DNA from: a virus
DNA length: 64,000 nucleotides
IMG/VR virus record: IMGVR_UViG_3300032288_001980
Span: 64,001-128,000 of that record
Direction: 5' to 3' (one strand)
Below the pieces are notes generated by a model. It was not told the DNA's origin. It made no database searches and saw only the letters and a list, made by a program, of their open reading frames with translations. Positions within the stretch are counted from its first letter, which is position 1, and the number at the start of each line of letters is the position of its first letter. Position numbers and translations under genes: made by a program. Below, one piece after another: positions 1 to 9,432 of this stretch.

Positions 1-1
1 C

Positions 2-667
2 TTTAGTTACGAACTAACACGAACTAAGGCATGTCGTCACATTGGCATTTATGTTAGTGTTGACAGTGTAGGAGCACAAGCAGAGTACATACGAAATGGT
101 ATGAACTACAATACTCTTATTGCCAATACCAAACGTGTGCTGTATGATACACACATGACTACCATTAACTTTATTAACACCTTTAACATTCTAAGCGTTC
201 CTGGATTACAAAAATATCTTGAAATGATTTTAGAAATGCGTAAGTATGTTAATAGTCTCAAGGACATTCCTGAAAAGAATCCCGAGTTTAATAACTACTG
301 GGATAGACAACGTGTATGGTTTGATATTCCTACACTACGCACACCCGTTTGGTTGACTATTCAAAATTTGCCCAGCAATATGTATAGCTTACTTGACCAA
401 GCAGTTAAGTATATGGAAGCAAATAGCACATCGCATCTTGGCGAACTTATTGGATTTGCCGACTTTGAAATAGACAAATTAAAACGCAATATTGATTGGA
501 TGAAAAGTTGTCAGTATACTGAAAACGAAAAACAGTTGTTGCGTAGAGATTTTTTTGCTTTTTTTAAAGAATACGATTACCGCAAAGGAACTAACTTTGC
601 TAAAACATTTCCAGAATTAAGTCTATACTGGAAACAATGTGAGAACAGTTACAATGCAAGAGCCTAA
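2..667 (+). CDS. Radical SAM protein, C-terminal part (truncated by window start)
   Basis: Frame is open from base 2 (FSYELTRTKACRHIGIYVSVDSVGAQAEYIRNGMNY). SVD...AEYIR.G and C-terminal YDYRKGTNFAKTFPEL match the neighbouring radical SAM paralogues. Confidence 0.75.
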   Translation, partial: FSYELTRTKACRHIGIYVSVDSVGAQAEYIRNGMNYNTLIANTKRVLYDTHMTTINFINTFNILSVPGLQKYLEMILEMRKYVNSLKDIPEKNPEFNNYWDRQRVWFDIPTLRTPVWLTIQNLPSNMYSLLDQAVKYMEANSTSHLGELIGFADFEIDKLKRNIDWMKSCQYTENEKQLLRRDFFAFFKEYDYRKGTNFAKTFPELSLYWKQCENSYNARA

Positions 668-2060
668 AAGCTATTACGACAAGCTACTAGAAACAAAAGA
701 AAAACTCAATGCCGTGGGCAAGGGCTTTTGCTTGATGAAGTGGCAAACAGAAACTTTATACCTGCACATGGGAGATAACCATAGTTGTTATCATCCGCGG
801 CCGCACAAAATTAGAATTGAAGATATCAAACGTAGTCCCAGCGGCTTACATAATACCGAATACAAAAAGCAACAACGTAAGCTAATGCTAGAGGGCGAGC
901 GTCCCAGCGAATGTTATTATTGCTGGAACATCGAAGACTTGGGCGGTGATCATATCAGTGACAGGTTTGTACACAGTACCAGCGACTATGCAATCGAAGA
1001 CTACGATACTATACGTAAACTAGATGCTGACGCTGATTGGAACCCTAGGCATATCGAAGTTAGTTTTGGTAATGCTTGCCAACTTAAATGCGGCTATTGC
1101 TGTCCACAGGCTAGTAGTGCTTGGATGGAAGAAATAAAACGCAAAGGCGACTATGACATTACTACCAAACAGTATAGCATTGATTTCTTAAAAGACGGAG
1201 TGTTCTATGAACCTGACATGGACAATCCTTACGTAGATGCTTGGTGGCAGTGGTGGCCAGAGCTAAAGAAAGACCTGCGTGTGTTTCGTATTACTGGTGG
1301 GGAGCCTTTACTTAACAGCAACACATTCAAACTGTTGGACATGTTAGATCAAGATCCTGCTCCTGAGCTACAGTTACATATAAACAGTAACCTAGGTATG
1401 AAGTCTAGCCTAGTAGAAAAACTCAGCGAAAGAGTTAGTAAGTTGTTAGCAGAAAAAAAGATAAAAGATTTTAGACTGTTCACTAGCATAGACGGCTGGG
1501 GCGAGCGTGCAGAGTATATGCGTAACGGTCTAGACTGTGAGTTATGGGAAAAGAACTTACGCATCTTTTTAGATACTGTCCCTAACAGTAAAATTAATTT
1601 GATGATTACATTCAATGTGCTTAGTGTAGTTAAATTTAGATATTTGTTAGATAAGATACTAAAACTTAGAGAAGAATACGGTACACTGGAAAATATGTAC
1701 ACACAGCGTATTGGCTTTGACACTCCTTATCTCAAAGAGCCGCCACACTGGATGATTAATATATTGCCTAAGAACTTTTTAGATTATATGTGGGATCATT
1801 TGCGACACATGAAATATAAAGAGAGAACAAAAGATTTTACTCACGGCTTTGACAAAGTAGAAATAGAAAAGTTCAAACGTGTAGTTGACTACATGGCAGA
1901 AAATCCAGTAAGTCCCAGCATACTGCGCCAGGGCCGCAGAGACTTTTATACGTTCTTTACCGAACACGATAAACGCAGAGGTACTAACTTATTAGCTACC
2001 TTCCCAGAATACACAGAATTTTTTAATATGTGTGAACAAGTATATAGGAATTGGAAATGA
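654..2060 (+). CDS. Radical SAM protein with N-terminal Cys-rich (SPASM/twitch-like) domain
   Basis: CxxxCxxC (CQLKCGYC), ITGGEPLL, N-terminal FCLMKW..HSCYHP..ECYYCW. Track start 639; ATG 654 chosen. Confidence 0.9.
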   Translation: MQEPKSYYDKLLETKEKLNAVGKGFCLMKWQTETLYLHMGDNHSCYHPRPHKIRIEDIKRSPSGLHNTEYKKQQRKLMLEGERPSECYYCWNIEDLGGDHISDRFVHSTSDYAIEDYDTIRKLDADADWNPRHIEVSFGNACQLKCGYCCPQASSAWMEEIKRKGDYDITTKQYSIDFLKDGVFYEPDMDNPYVDAWWQWWPELKKDLRVFRITGGEPLLNSNTFKLLDMLDQDPAPELQLHINSNLGMKSSLVEKLSERVSKLLAEKKIKDFRLFTSIDGWGERAEYMRNGLDCELWEKNLRIFLDTVPNSKINLMITFNVLSVVKFRYLLDKILKLREEYGTLENMYTQRIGFDTPYLKEPPHWMINILPKNFLDYMWDHLRHMKYKERTKDFTHGFDKVEIEKFKRVVDYMAENPVSPSILRQGRRDFYTFFTEHDKRRGTNLLATFPEYTEFFNMCEQVYRNWK

Positions 2061-3355
2061 GATTAATGAACTATGATGTGCCAGCCTTATATGGTCCTGG
2101 CGAAATAACAGGCATGCACTTAGAGCTCACTGACAAATGTAATGCTGGGTGTCCTATGTGCCCGCGTTACATTAACAACGGTGGTGAACTCAATCCCAAA
2201 GTCTTAGAAACAGAAATCACATTAGAACAGTTTAAAACTTGGTTCCCTCCAGAGTTTGTAAAACAATTAAAGCGTGTTTATGCTTGCGGCAATTACGGTG
2301 ATCCTATTGTTGCTAAAGATAGTTTAGAAATATTCAAGTACATGAGGGAACACAATCCCAACATGGCCTTAACACTACACACTAATGCCAGCGCACGTAC
2401 ACCTGCGTGGTGGACTGAATTAGGCAAGGTTGTTAACAATTTTGAACGCGGAGACTTTTGCGTGTTTAGCGTAGACGGTTTAGAAGATACTAATCACTTA
2501 TATCGTCGCAATACCAAGTTCAGCAAGATACTGGCTAACATGAAGGCCTTTAAGGCAGCAGGTGGAGTAGCTAAGTGGGACTTTATTGTTTTTAAACACA
2601 ATGAGCATCAAGTTGAAGAAGCCAGAGCATTGGCCAATGAACTGGGCTTTGAATTTTTTAACGTTAAGCGTACTACACGTTGGCACAAGTGGACAGACCA
2701 AGGTCGTGGTTATTACGAAGTACTAGATAAAGAAAAGCAAGTTTTGTATAAACTTGAACAGCCAGACAATGAAAACTTTAGAGATAGTAATTTCAAAGAA
2801 CTTAAGACAATTGGTATTGTTCCTATGTACATTACTAATCAAGAATTTGATCGAATGACACAGATTAGTTTGGAACATAGAGAATGGGACAATGAAAAGA
2901 ACCAATGGGTTAGCTTTAGACACAATGACATTGAAGTTAGTTGTAGAGCACAGCATCACGAAAAGGGCGGTAACAATCAAGTAAATGAAATATTTGTTAG
3001 TGCTAGTGGACATGTATTTCCCTGTTGTTTTATTGGTGGTGAACCATGGCGTCATATCAGTGATGATAGGCCATGGGAAGTTGCCAAGCAAGGCGCGGCA
3101 TTTAAAAATATAAGTGATGATGCTAGTATTCAAATGATAGAATTAGCAGGCGGCATGGACACATTAAGTCTGCACAAAAACACACTAAGCCAGGTACTTA
3201 AAGGTCAGTTCTTTGATAGATTCTTACCTAGAAGCCTTTACAAAGGACACAATATGCGTAGCAGACAATGCAGTACCTGTTGTGGAAAAGAATGGAACAA
3301 GCTAGACAACGGCGAGTTGGGCAATCAGCATCACAAAACACAGACCAATGGATGA
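2051..3355 (+). CDS. Radical SAM protein with C-terminal SPASM/twitch-like domain
   Basis: CNAGCPMC motif, GNYGDP, SVDG, C-terminal CRAQ..VFPCCF..QCSTCC. Confidence 0.9.
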   Translation: MEMRLMNYDVPALYGPGEITGMHLELTDKCNAGCPMCPRYINNGGELNPKVLETEITLEQFKTWFPPEFVKQLKRVYACGNYGDPIVAKDSLEIFKYMREHNPNMALTLHTNASARTPAWWTELGKVVNNFERGDFCVFSVDGLEDTNHLYRRNTKFSKILANMKAFKAAGGVAKWDFIVFKHNEHQVEEARALANELGFEFFNVKRTTRWHKWTDQGRGYYEVLDKEKQVLYKLEQPDNENFRDSNFKELKTIGIVPMYITNQEFDRMTQISLEHREWDNEKNQWVSFRHNDIEVSCRAQHHEKGGNNQVNEIFVSASGHVFPCCFIGGEPWRHISDDRPWEVAKQGAAFKNISDDASIQMIELAGGMDTLSLHKNTLSQVLKGQFFDRFLPRSLYKGHNMRSRQCSTCCGKEWNKLDNGELGNQHHKTQTNG

Positions 3356-4694
3356 CTTAGATAAACTACGTGCTGTTAAACAAAAGCTAGATTCTGTAGG
3401 GACTGGCTTTTGTTTATTAAAATGGACACAGCAAACATTGTATTTGCAAACAGGTGACAATCACAGTTGTTATCATCCATACCCACATAAAATTGATATT
3501 AAAGATATACAAAGAACACCCAGTGGACTACACAATACAGCCTATAAGAGTAAACAACGAGAAATGATGCTGAACAAGCAACGTCCACCAGAATGTAGTT
3601 TTTGTTGGAATGTAGAAGATTCGGGCCATGTCAGTGATAGGATTATTAACAGCGCCAATGATATGGTACAGTTTGAAACTATACGCAATCTTAAACCAAC
3701 CGATGATTACAATCCTAGCTTTATCGAAGTTAACTTTGGTAACGTTTGTAATTTTATGTGCGGATACTGTACTCCTACTGTTAGTAACAGTTGGATCAAT
3801 GATATCAAAGCCAATGGAAGATTTCCTGTTGTTAGCAAACAATATGACATAGACTTTATTAAAGATAGGGAATACTATGAAAGCGATGACGACAGTAACC
3901 CTTACGTACAGGCTTTTTGGCAATGGTGGCCCACTTTAATCAAAGACCTACAGACTCTACGTATTACGGGCGGCGAACCTATGCTGAATCAAAATACGTG
4001 GCAACTACTAGACAAGTTAGAATTAGAGCCAGCACCGCATCTTACATTGTTAATTAACAGTAACTTGGGAGTCAAGCCTGCACTAATAGAAAAACTCAGC
4101 GAACGTGTGCGAACACTATTAACCAAACGTGCTATTAAAGATTATCGTATGCATGTTAGTTTAGACACGTGGGGCAAGCCGGCCGAATACATCCGTTGGG
4201 GATTAAATTGTGCAGAGTGGGAACAAAATTTTAAAACTATAATGAACAACTTCAAGGACATAAATGCCAGTGTTGAAATTATGGTAACTTACAATAACTT
4301 AGTACTGCCTAGCTTTAATCAACTGTTGAAAAAAATATTAGAATGGCGACAAGTATACGGCCGCAGGGTTGAATTTATAACACCCCATCTTAAAGAGCCC
4401 GATCATTGGAGCATTAATATATTGCCTACTGAATTTGTCAAGTACATCGATGCTGATATTGCATTTATGAAACAGCATTTAAATACTGGATTCAGCGAAG
4501 TTGAGATTGAAAGGCTAGAACGAGTACGTACACATTTTGTAAAGAATAGTTTGAGTTTGGCTAGAGAGTTAACTGCCAAAGCAGACTTTTATAAGTTTTT
4601 TACTGAGCACGATCGTCGTAGAGGATCAAACTTTTTAGAAACATTTCCCGAATATCAAGACTTTTTATTAGAGTGCAAACAACATGTCAAGTAA
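3348..4694 (+). CDS. Radical SAM protein, paralogue of 654..2060
   Basis: CNFMCGYC, ITGGEPML, N-terminal GFCLLKWTQQTLYL..HSCYHP, C-terminal HDRRRGSNFLETFPEY. Confidence 0.9.
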   Translation: MDDLDKLRAVKQKLDSVGTGFCLLKWTQQTLYLQTGDNHSCYHPYPHKIDIKDIQRTPSGLHNTAYKSKQREMMLNKQRPPECSFCWNVEDSGHVSDRIINSANDMVQFETIRNLKPTDDYNPSFIEVNFGNVCNFMCGYCTPTVSNSWINDIKANGRFPVVSKQYDIDFIKDREYYESDDDSNPYVQAFWQWWPTLIKDLQTLRITGGEPMLNQNTWQLLDKLELEPAPHLTLLINSNLGVKPALIEKLSERVRTLLTKRAIKDYRMHVSLDTWGKPAEYIRWGLNCAEWEQNFKTIMNNFKDINASVEIMVTYNNLVLPSFNQLLKKILEWRQVYGRRVEFITPHLKEPDHWSINILPTEFVKYIDADIAFMKQHLNTGFSEVEIERLERVRTHFVKNSLSLARELTAKADFYKFFTEHDRRRGSNFLETFPEYQDFLLECKQHVK

Positions 4695-5898
4695 AACATT
4701 GTGCGTATTACCATGGAACACTTTGAGCATTGGACAAAGTGGGCATCAACGCCTATGTTGTAATGCTATTAATGGTGGCCTCAGCGGCGAAGGATGGCCC
4801 GGGCCTGTTACACAACGACTTGATTTAAATTGGCAACAAGGTGGCGCTATACAAAAAGTACGCGACATAATGACTGCTGGCCATAAGCCTGCACAATGCG
4901 AACGTTGTTGGAAGCTAGAAGACATTGGTGCTGAAAGTTATAGGCAAATTAACAATACCTACCGCTTTCCCAACAGTTATGCTCAACTGCAAGAAAACAA
5001 ATTGGAAGTAAAGTTAGAAAGACTAGAATTAGACTTTGGTAATAAGTGCAATCTTGCTTGCAGAATGTGTCATCCTTATAGCAGTAGTTTGTTAGCGCAG
5101 GAAATTGCCAAGGATCCTACAAATGCTTACACATCAGTTGACTTAGACTTTTTAGAAAAAACCAGCTGGGTCAAACACAGCAGACTTTTTGACGTTGTTA
5201 GACAACAAGGGCACGACCTTAAAAGCGTATACATCATTGGTGGCGAACCACTAATCATGGACGAACAAGAAGAGTTTCTTGATTTGTTAATAGAATTAGA
5301 CTTTGCCAAAAATATATCATTAGAGTATAACAGTAACATTACTACAATTGGTAGTAAGTGGTACGAAAAGTGGAGTCATTTTAAAGAAGTTAATCTAAAC
5401 GCTAGTATCGACGGAGTAGAAGGATATTACGAGTATGTTCGTTGGCCTGCCAAGTGGGATAAAATTTACAGTAACCTTAAAGAATTAAAATATTGGTCCA
5501 TGGATAGACCCAACAACAAAACTTGCATACACACCACACTAAGCAATTTAACAATACCCAGCATAAAACGAACTACAGATATCCTAGTAGGAGAATTGGA
5601 CTTCAACTTATTTGTTATTAATGTTGATCATCCTAGTTGTATGCGACCAGAGATATTACCAGGTTCTGACAAACTAAGACTAGCATTACAGGGTGTAGAA
5701 CATATTAATCAAAAGTATAGCAATCATTATGCATTGTCTAATACTGTAAAGACTTTGGAAAGAGTAGCTTATAGTCCTGATCCCAGTGAACAAGATAAAA
5801 AAGATTTTGTTAAACGTATGAAATTTATGGATCAACATAGACGACAAGATCTATTAGATTTGCATCCATGGTTTAAGGAATGGTACAATGTATATTAA
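4684..5898 (+). CDS. Radical SAM protein with N-terminal SPASM-like domain
   Basis: CNLACRMC, IIGGEPL, N-terminal LCVLPW..RLCCN..QCERCW. Confidence 0.9.
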   Translation: MSSKTLCVLPWNTLSIGQSGHQRLCCNAINGGLSGEGWPGPVTQRLDLNWQQGGAIQKVRDIMTAGHKPAQCERCWKLEDIGAESYRQINNTYRFPNSYAQLQENKLEVKLERLELDFGNKCNLACRMCHPYSSSLLAQEIAKDPTNAYTSVDLDFLEKTSWVKHSRLFDVVRQQGHDLKSVYIIGGEPLIMDEQEEFLDLLIELDFAKNISLEYNSNITTIGSKWYEKWSHFKEVNLNASIDGVEGYYEYVRWPAKWDKIYSNLKELKYWSMDRPNNKTCIHTTLSNLTIPSIKRTTDILVGELDFNLFVINVDHPSCMRPEILPGSDKLRLALQGVEHINQKYSNHYALSNTVKTLERVAYSPDPSEQDKKDFVKRMKFMDQHRRQDLLDLHPWFKEWYNVY

Positions 5899-7078
5899 TA
5901 AACAAACATTTTGTATTCATCCCCATGCGGCTATGAGCACCACACCGGATGGTTTTTACAAAACTTGTTGTATGAGCGAGTTGCCTATACGCAAAGACGA
6001 TGGAACCCCATACAGGCCTAGTCAAGATAGTCTACAAGAAGCGTTCAATAGTCCATGGATGGACAACCTGCGTCGAGATTTAAATATAGGATTTAAAAAT
6101 CCCAACTGCAAAAGATGTTGGGATGAAGAACGTGCTGGCCAAAACAGCAAACGTATGAGAGACAGCAAAGAATATCTAAACGGTTCTAAAAATATACGTG
6201 CAGGTGAACATGTTATTAAAATTGTTGACTTGAAGATGGGCAATCTATGTAATTTAAAATGTCGTATCTGTAATCCATGGAACAGCAGTCAGTGGGTTGA
6301 CGAATGGCACAGTTTACGTAAGCCCAACGAAAGCAAAATAGAATTTCATAAGCCTTTTAAGGCCATGCGTGATGCTTGGAATCCAGATCAAAACATTTGG
6401 AAAAATCTAGAACAAGCATTACCAAATATTGAACACATGGATATGTACGGCGGCGAGCCACTATTAATCGAAAACATGTGGACTATTTTAAAACACAGCG
6501 TTGAAAAAGGTTACAGTAAAAAGCAAACTATTCATTATAATACCAACGGTAGTATTATGCCCAGTGATGAACAATTTGCACTTTGGAAAGAATTTAAATT
6601 ATTAGACATACAAGTTAGTGTAGACGACATTGGTGATAGGCATCACTATCAACGCTACCCCAGTGATTGGTCTAAAGTAAGAAACCATGTGTTAAAATTT
6701 AAAGAGCACGACTGGATTAGACTTAGCACTAACGCTACTATAAGTAATTACAATATTTTCTACTTAGACGAGATCACAGAAGAAATAGTAAAAAATATTG
6801 GCACTAGTGTGTGGTACAATATATTACATGCACCATACGACCAAAGTATAGCGGCATTAGATCCCGAGATTAAGAAAATTTTAGTAAAGAAACTGTCGCC
6901 TATTCAAGAGTATCAACCTGAAATTATTCCTATACTTAATTTTATAGCCAGCAGTCCAGACCCAGAGAAGATGCGTTTGTTTATGAAACGCAATGAAGAA
7001 CAAGATGAATATCGTAAACAGAGCTTTAGGGACACATTCCCCGAGTGGTGGGAAATCCTTAGATCCCACTATCAATAA
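5888..7078 (+). CDS. Radical SAM protein with N-terminal SPASM-like domain
   Basis: CNLKCRIC, MYGGEPLL, N-terminal FCIHP..KTCCM..NCKRCW. Confidence 0.9.
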   Translation: MYINKQTFCIHPHAAMSTTPDGFYKTCCMSELPIRKDDGTPYRPSQDSLQEAFNSPWMDNLRRDLNIGFKNPNCKRCWDEERAGQNSKRMRDSKEYLNGSKNIRAGEHVIKIVDLKMGNLCNLKCRICNPWNSSQWVDEWHSLRKPNESKIEFHKPFKAMRDAWNPDQNIWKNLEQALPNIEHMDMYGGEPLLIENMWTILKHSVEKGYSKKQTIHYNTNGSIMPSDEQFALWKEFKLLDIQVSVDDIGDRHHYQRYPSDWSKVRNHVLKFKEHDWIRLSTNATISNYNIFYLDEITEEIVKNIGTSVWYNILHAPYDQSIAALDPEIKKILVKKLSPIQEYQPEIIPILNFIASSPDPEKMRLFMKRNEEQDEYRKQSFRDTFPEWWEILRSHYQ

Positions 7079-8183
7079 AAGTATCTGTACCTTACCATGG
7101 GTGCATCTACACGCATGGCCAGATGGCAAGGCATTTCCCTGCTGTCTTAGTGATCCAACTAAACCGGTAGGTAATTTAAATCAAACTAAGATTATTGATA
7201 TTGTAAATGGCGATGCTTACCGACAAATAAAAAGAAAGATGCTGGCCGGCGAGCCTGTTGACACTTGCTATAAATGTTACGAACAAGAAGCGGTGGGCAT
7301 GACCAGTATGCGTGTTAATAGTTTTAAATATCACCCCACAGACTTTAGTGATTTTAAACTTAAATACCTTGACATTAGATTTAGTAATGTTTGCAATTTA
7401 GCTTGCGTTAGTTGCGGACCTACTTTTAGCAGTAAATGGCATAATGATTGGATTAAATTAGGCCGCAGTAGCGGACATGCACGTATAGTAAGTTTAGATA
7501 TTATGGAACAACTCAAGACAGATTATTTAGATGATGTAGAAAATGTTACTTTTGCAGGCGGAGAACCTTTGGTAACTAACCAACACTATGAGATACTAGA
7601 ATATTTCATAGAAAAGAAAAAACAAGTTAACATTTCATATATTACAAACTTAACTAACTTAGACTATCAAAAAAGAAATGTCTTGGATTTATGGAAAAAG
7701 TTCGATAGAATTAGTATGCTGGTTAGTATAGACAATGTATGGGATAGGTTTGATTATATTCGCTGGGGCGCCAGCTGGAAACAAATACTAGAAAACCTAA
7801 GCAGAGTTAGAACAGAATGTCCTCATATTGATATTAAGATTACCCCAAGTATTAGTATTTTAAATATTTTAGACTTAGATAAGTTAGAAAGAGCTATTCA
7901 TACATTTACAGGCATTCACAGCTATCAGTACAATGTAATCAGCTATCCTGAAAATTTAAAAGCAGAATTGTTGCCACAAGCACATAAGGCTGAAGTTGCT
8001 CGCATGACTGATCATCACAGGGACTGGTTAGCTGAACATAATTTAACTTCGGAAATGCCGGACTTAGTAGACAATTTAATGAAAAATCATTCTAGTGGTA
8101 TAGAATCTACCAGGGCATATTTACAGGATTTAGACCGCATTAGAGGCACCAATAGTCAGCAGTTGTTCCCATATATTTGGTAA
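6993..8183 (+). CDS. Radical SAM protein with N-terminal SPASM-like domain (start uncertain)
   Basis: CNLACVSC, FAGGEPL, N-terminal ICTLPW..FPCCL..TCYKCY. Overlaps the upstream gene, so the true start may be a later codon. Confidence 0.88.
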   Translation: MKNKMNIVNRALGTHSPSGGKSLDPTINKSICTLPWVHLHAWPDGKAFPCCLSDPTKPVGNLNQTKIIDIVNGDAYRQIKRKMLAGEPVDTCYKCYEQEAVGMTSMRVNSFKYHPTDFSDFKLKYLDIRFSNVCNLACVSCGPTFSSKWHNDWIKLGRSSGHARIVSLDIMEQLKTDYLDDVENVTFAGGEPLVTNQHYEILEYFIEKKKQVNISYITNLTNLDYQKRNVLDLWKKFDRISMLVSIDNVWDRFDYIRWGASWKQILENLSRVRTECPHIDIKITPSISILNILDLDKLERAIHTFTGIHSYQYNVISYPENLKAELLPQAHKAEVARMTDHHRDWLAEHNLTSEMPDLVDNLMKNHSSGIESTRAYLQDLDRIRGTNSQQLFPYIW

Positions 8184-8186
8184 ATA
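8181..8186 (+). promoter_or_regulatory. Candidate T4-like late promoter core (TAAATA) upstream of lysozyme
   Basis: GGTAAATA about 23 nt before the ATG, followed by a CAGGAG RBS. The same core recurs before structural genes on the - strand. Confidence 0.45.
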
Positions 8187-8208
8187 TACGAGTTACAGGA
8201 GCACACAT

Positions 8209-8745
8209 ATGGCTAGAACAATAGGACAAAATGGTATGGACTTGATCAAGCATTTCGAAGGATGCTATGCGTCAAACCCAGGATCTGCCGCACTAGGTAG
8301 AATTAAACCAAAACCAGTTACCAACTTAATGAACACGGATCAAATGGTTTACAGTTATCGCTGTAGCGCCAACGTTCCTACAATTGGTTGGGGCAATACA
8401 CGTTGGGCAGACGATACTCCAGTTCAAGACGGCGATGAATGTACATTGGCCGAAGCTAACGAACTATTTGAAACTGAAGTAGACGAGTTTGCACATAATG
8501 TCGATAAATTAGTCACTAATCCGCATGTTACCCAAAACATGTTTGATGCATTGGTAAGTTTTGCTTACAATGCAGGTGTGGGTAACTTACGTGCCAGTAC
8601 ATTACTTAAAACAGTAAATGCTGGAAACTTTGCAGGTTGCAGAGAACAATTCATGCGTTGGAACAAAGCAGGCGGCAAAGAGCTTCCAGGTTTAACTCGT
8701 CGCAGAGTCGCAGAAGCCGATTTATTTGAAACACCGGATGCTTAA
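8209..8745 (+). CDS. Phage lysozyme/endolysin (GH24-like)
   Basis: IKHFEGC catalytic Glu, PTIGWG, QNMFDALVSFAYNAG, RWNKAGGKELPGLTRRRVAE; RBS CAGGAG. Confidence 0.92.
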   Translation: MARTIGQNGMDLIKHFEGCYASNPGSAALGRIKPKPVTNLMNTDQMVYSYRCSANVPTIGWGNTRWADDTPVQDGDECTLAEANELFETEVDEFAHNVDKLVTNPHVTQNMFDALVSFAYNAGVGNLRASTLLKTVNAGNFAGCREQFMRWNKAGGKELPGLTRRRVAEADLFETPDA

Positions 8746-8746
8746 T

Positions 8747-8794
8747 ATGCAAGAAGAATGTCCAATCTGCGGTGGCAAACACCCAAAGAAATAA
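8747..8794 (+). CDS. Candidate 15-aa micro-ORF MQEECPICGGKHPKK
   Basis: ATG 1 nt after the lysozyme stop (TAA-T-ATG); CxxC-GG-x-H pattern; below the ORF-track length cutoff. Confidence 0.35.
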   Translation: MQEECPICGGKHPKK

Positions 8795-8814
8795 ACCAAT
8801 ATCTAAGATGTGAC

Positions 8815-8844
8815 TTGACTGGCATAGGGCAACTAAATTATAAT
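8815..8844 (+). promoter_or_regulatory. Sigma70-type promoter for the DNA polymerase operon
   Basis: TTGACT (8815-8820), 18 nt, TATAAT (8839-8844); TAGGAGG RBS before 8873. Confidence 0.6.
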
Positions 8845-8872
8845 GTGAAACATTAATTTTTTAGGAGGCGCT

Positions 8873-9133
8873 ATGCCAGGACGTTCATTCAATTCAGAAG
8901 ATATTGCAAAACTCAAAAAACTATTCAACGAGGGTATGCGTGTAATGCGCGAAATGGAAGACCTTCGCGAAGGACTTAAAGACACGGTTAAATCTATCGC
9001 CGAAGAGCTAGATATGAAACCCGCTGTGTTGACCAAAGCACTTAAAATTGCACACAAAAACGCTCTCAAAGACGAACAAGAAGCTTTTAGCGAAGTTGAA
9101 GAAGTTCTTGAAGCATCCGGATATACCCTTTGA
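8873..9133 (+). CDS. Small helical dsDNA-binding protein (T4 DsbA/GapR-like)
   Basis: 86 aa, charged helical pattern EDLREGLKDTVKSIAEELDMKPAVLTKALKIAHK; strong RBS; position upstream of the polymerase. Confidence 0.55.
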   Translation: MPGRSFNSEDIAKLKKLFNEGMRVMREMEDLREGLKDTVKSIAEELDMKPAVLTKALKIAHKNALKDEQEAFSEVEEVLEASGYTL

Positions 9134-9432
9134 TTACCAAAATAAAATCTTTGTTCACTCCCACATGGGAGTGGATAAAGCAAGACTATCACGAGTGGCC
9201 TTTTCGATTTTTCATCGAAGTGTTAGCTTGGGCAATTAGCATCGGCAATAGTATTGCAATGATGTTGACAGTACCTAATCCTCCGCTTATAATATTATAT
9301 CCCATATGGATATTTGGTTGTTCACTATATGCGTGGGCCGCTTTTACTCGAGGTAGTTTTGGTATGCTGGCCAATTATGTGCTTCTTACAACTATTGATA
9401 CTATCGGTTTAATTAGGATGATTATTCAATGA
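9130..9432 (+). CDS. Small membrane protein (about 3 TM segments)
   Basis: Three hydrophobic stretches; overlaps both neighbours by 4 nt. Confidence 0.6.
   Translation: MITKIKSLFTPTWEWIKQDYHEWPFRFFIEVLAWAISIGNSIAMMLTVPNPPLIILYPIWIFGCSLYAWAAFTRGSFGMLANYVLLTTIDTIGLIRMIIQ

Noticed and set aside
2-8183. Labelling the radical SAM array as moaA, pqqE or nirJ cofactor biosynthesis
   Set aside because: No partner genes (moaC, pqqA-D, haem d1 genes) are present and domain order differs; gene symbols withheld.
9130-9432. Holin partner of the lysozyme
   Set aside because: It is hydrophobic but lies behind a separate sigma70 promoter and is coupled to the DNA polymerase gene; there is no positive evidence for a lysis role.
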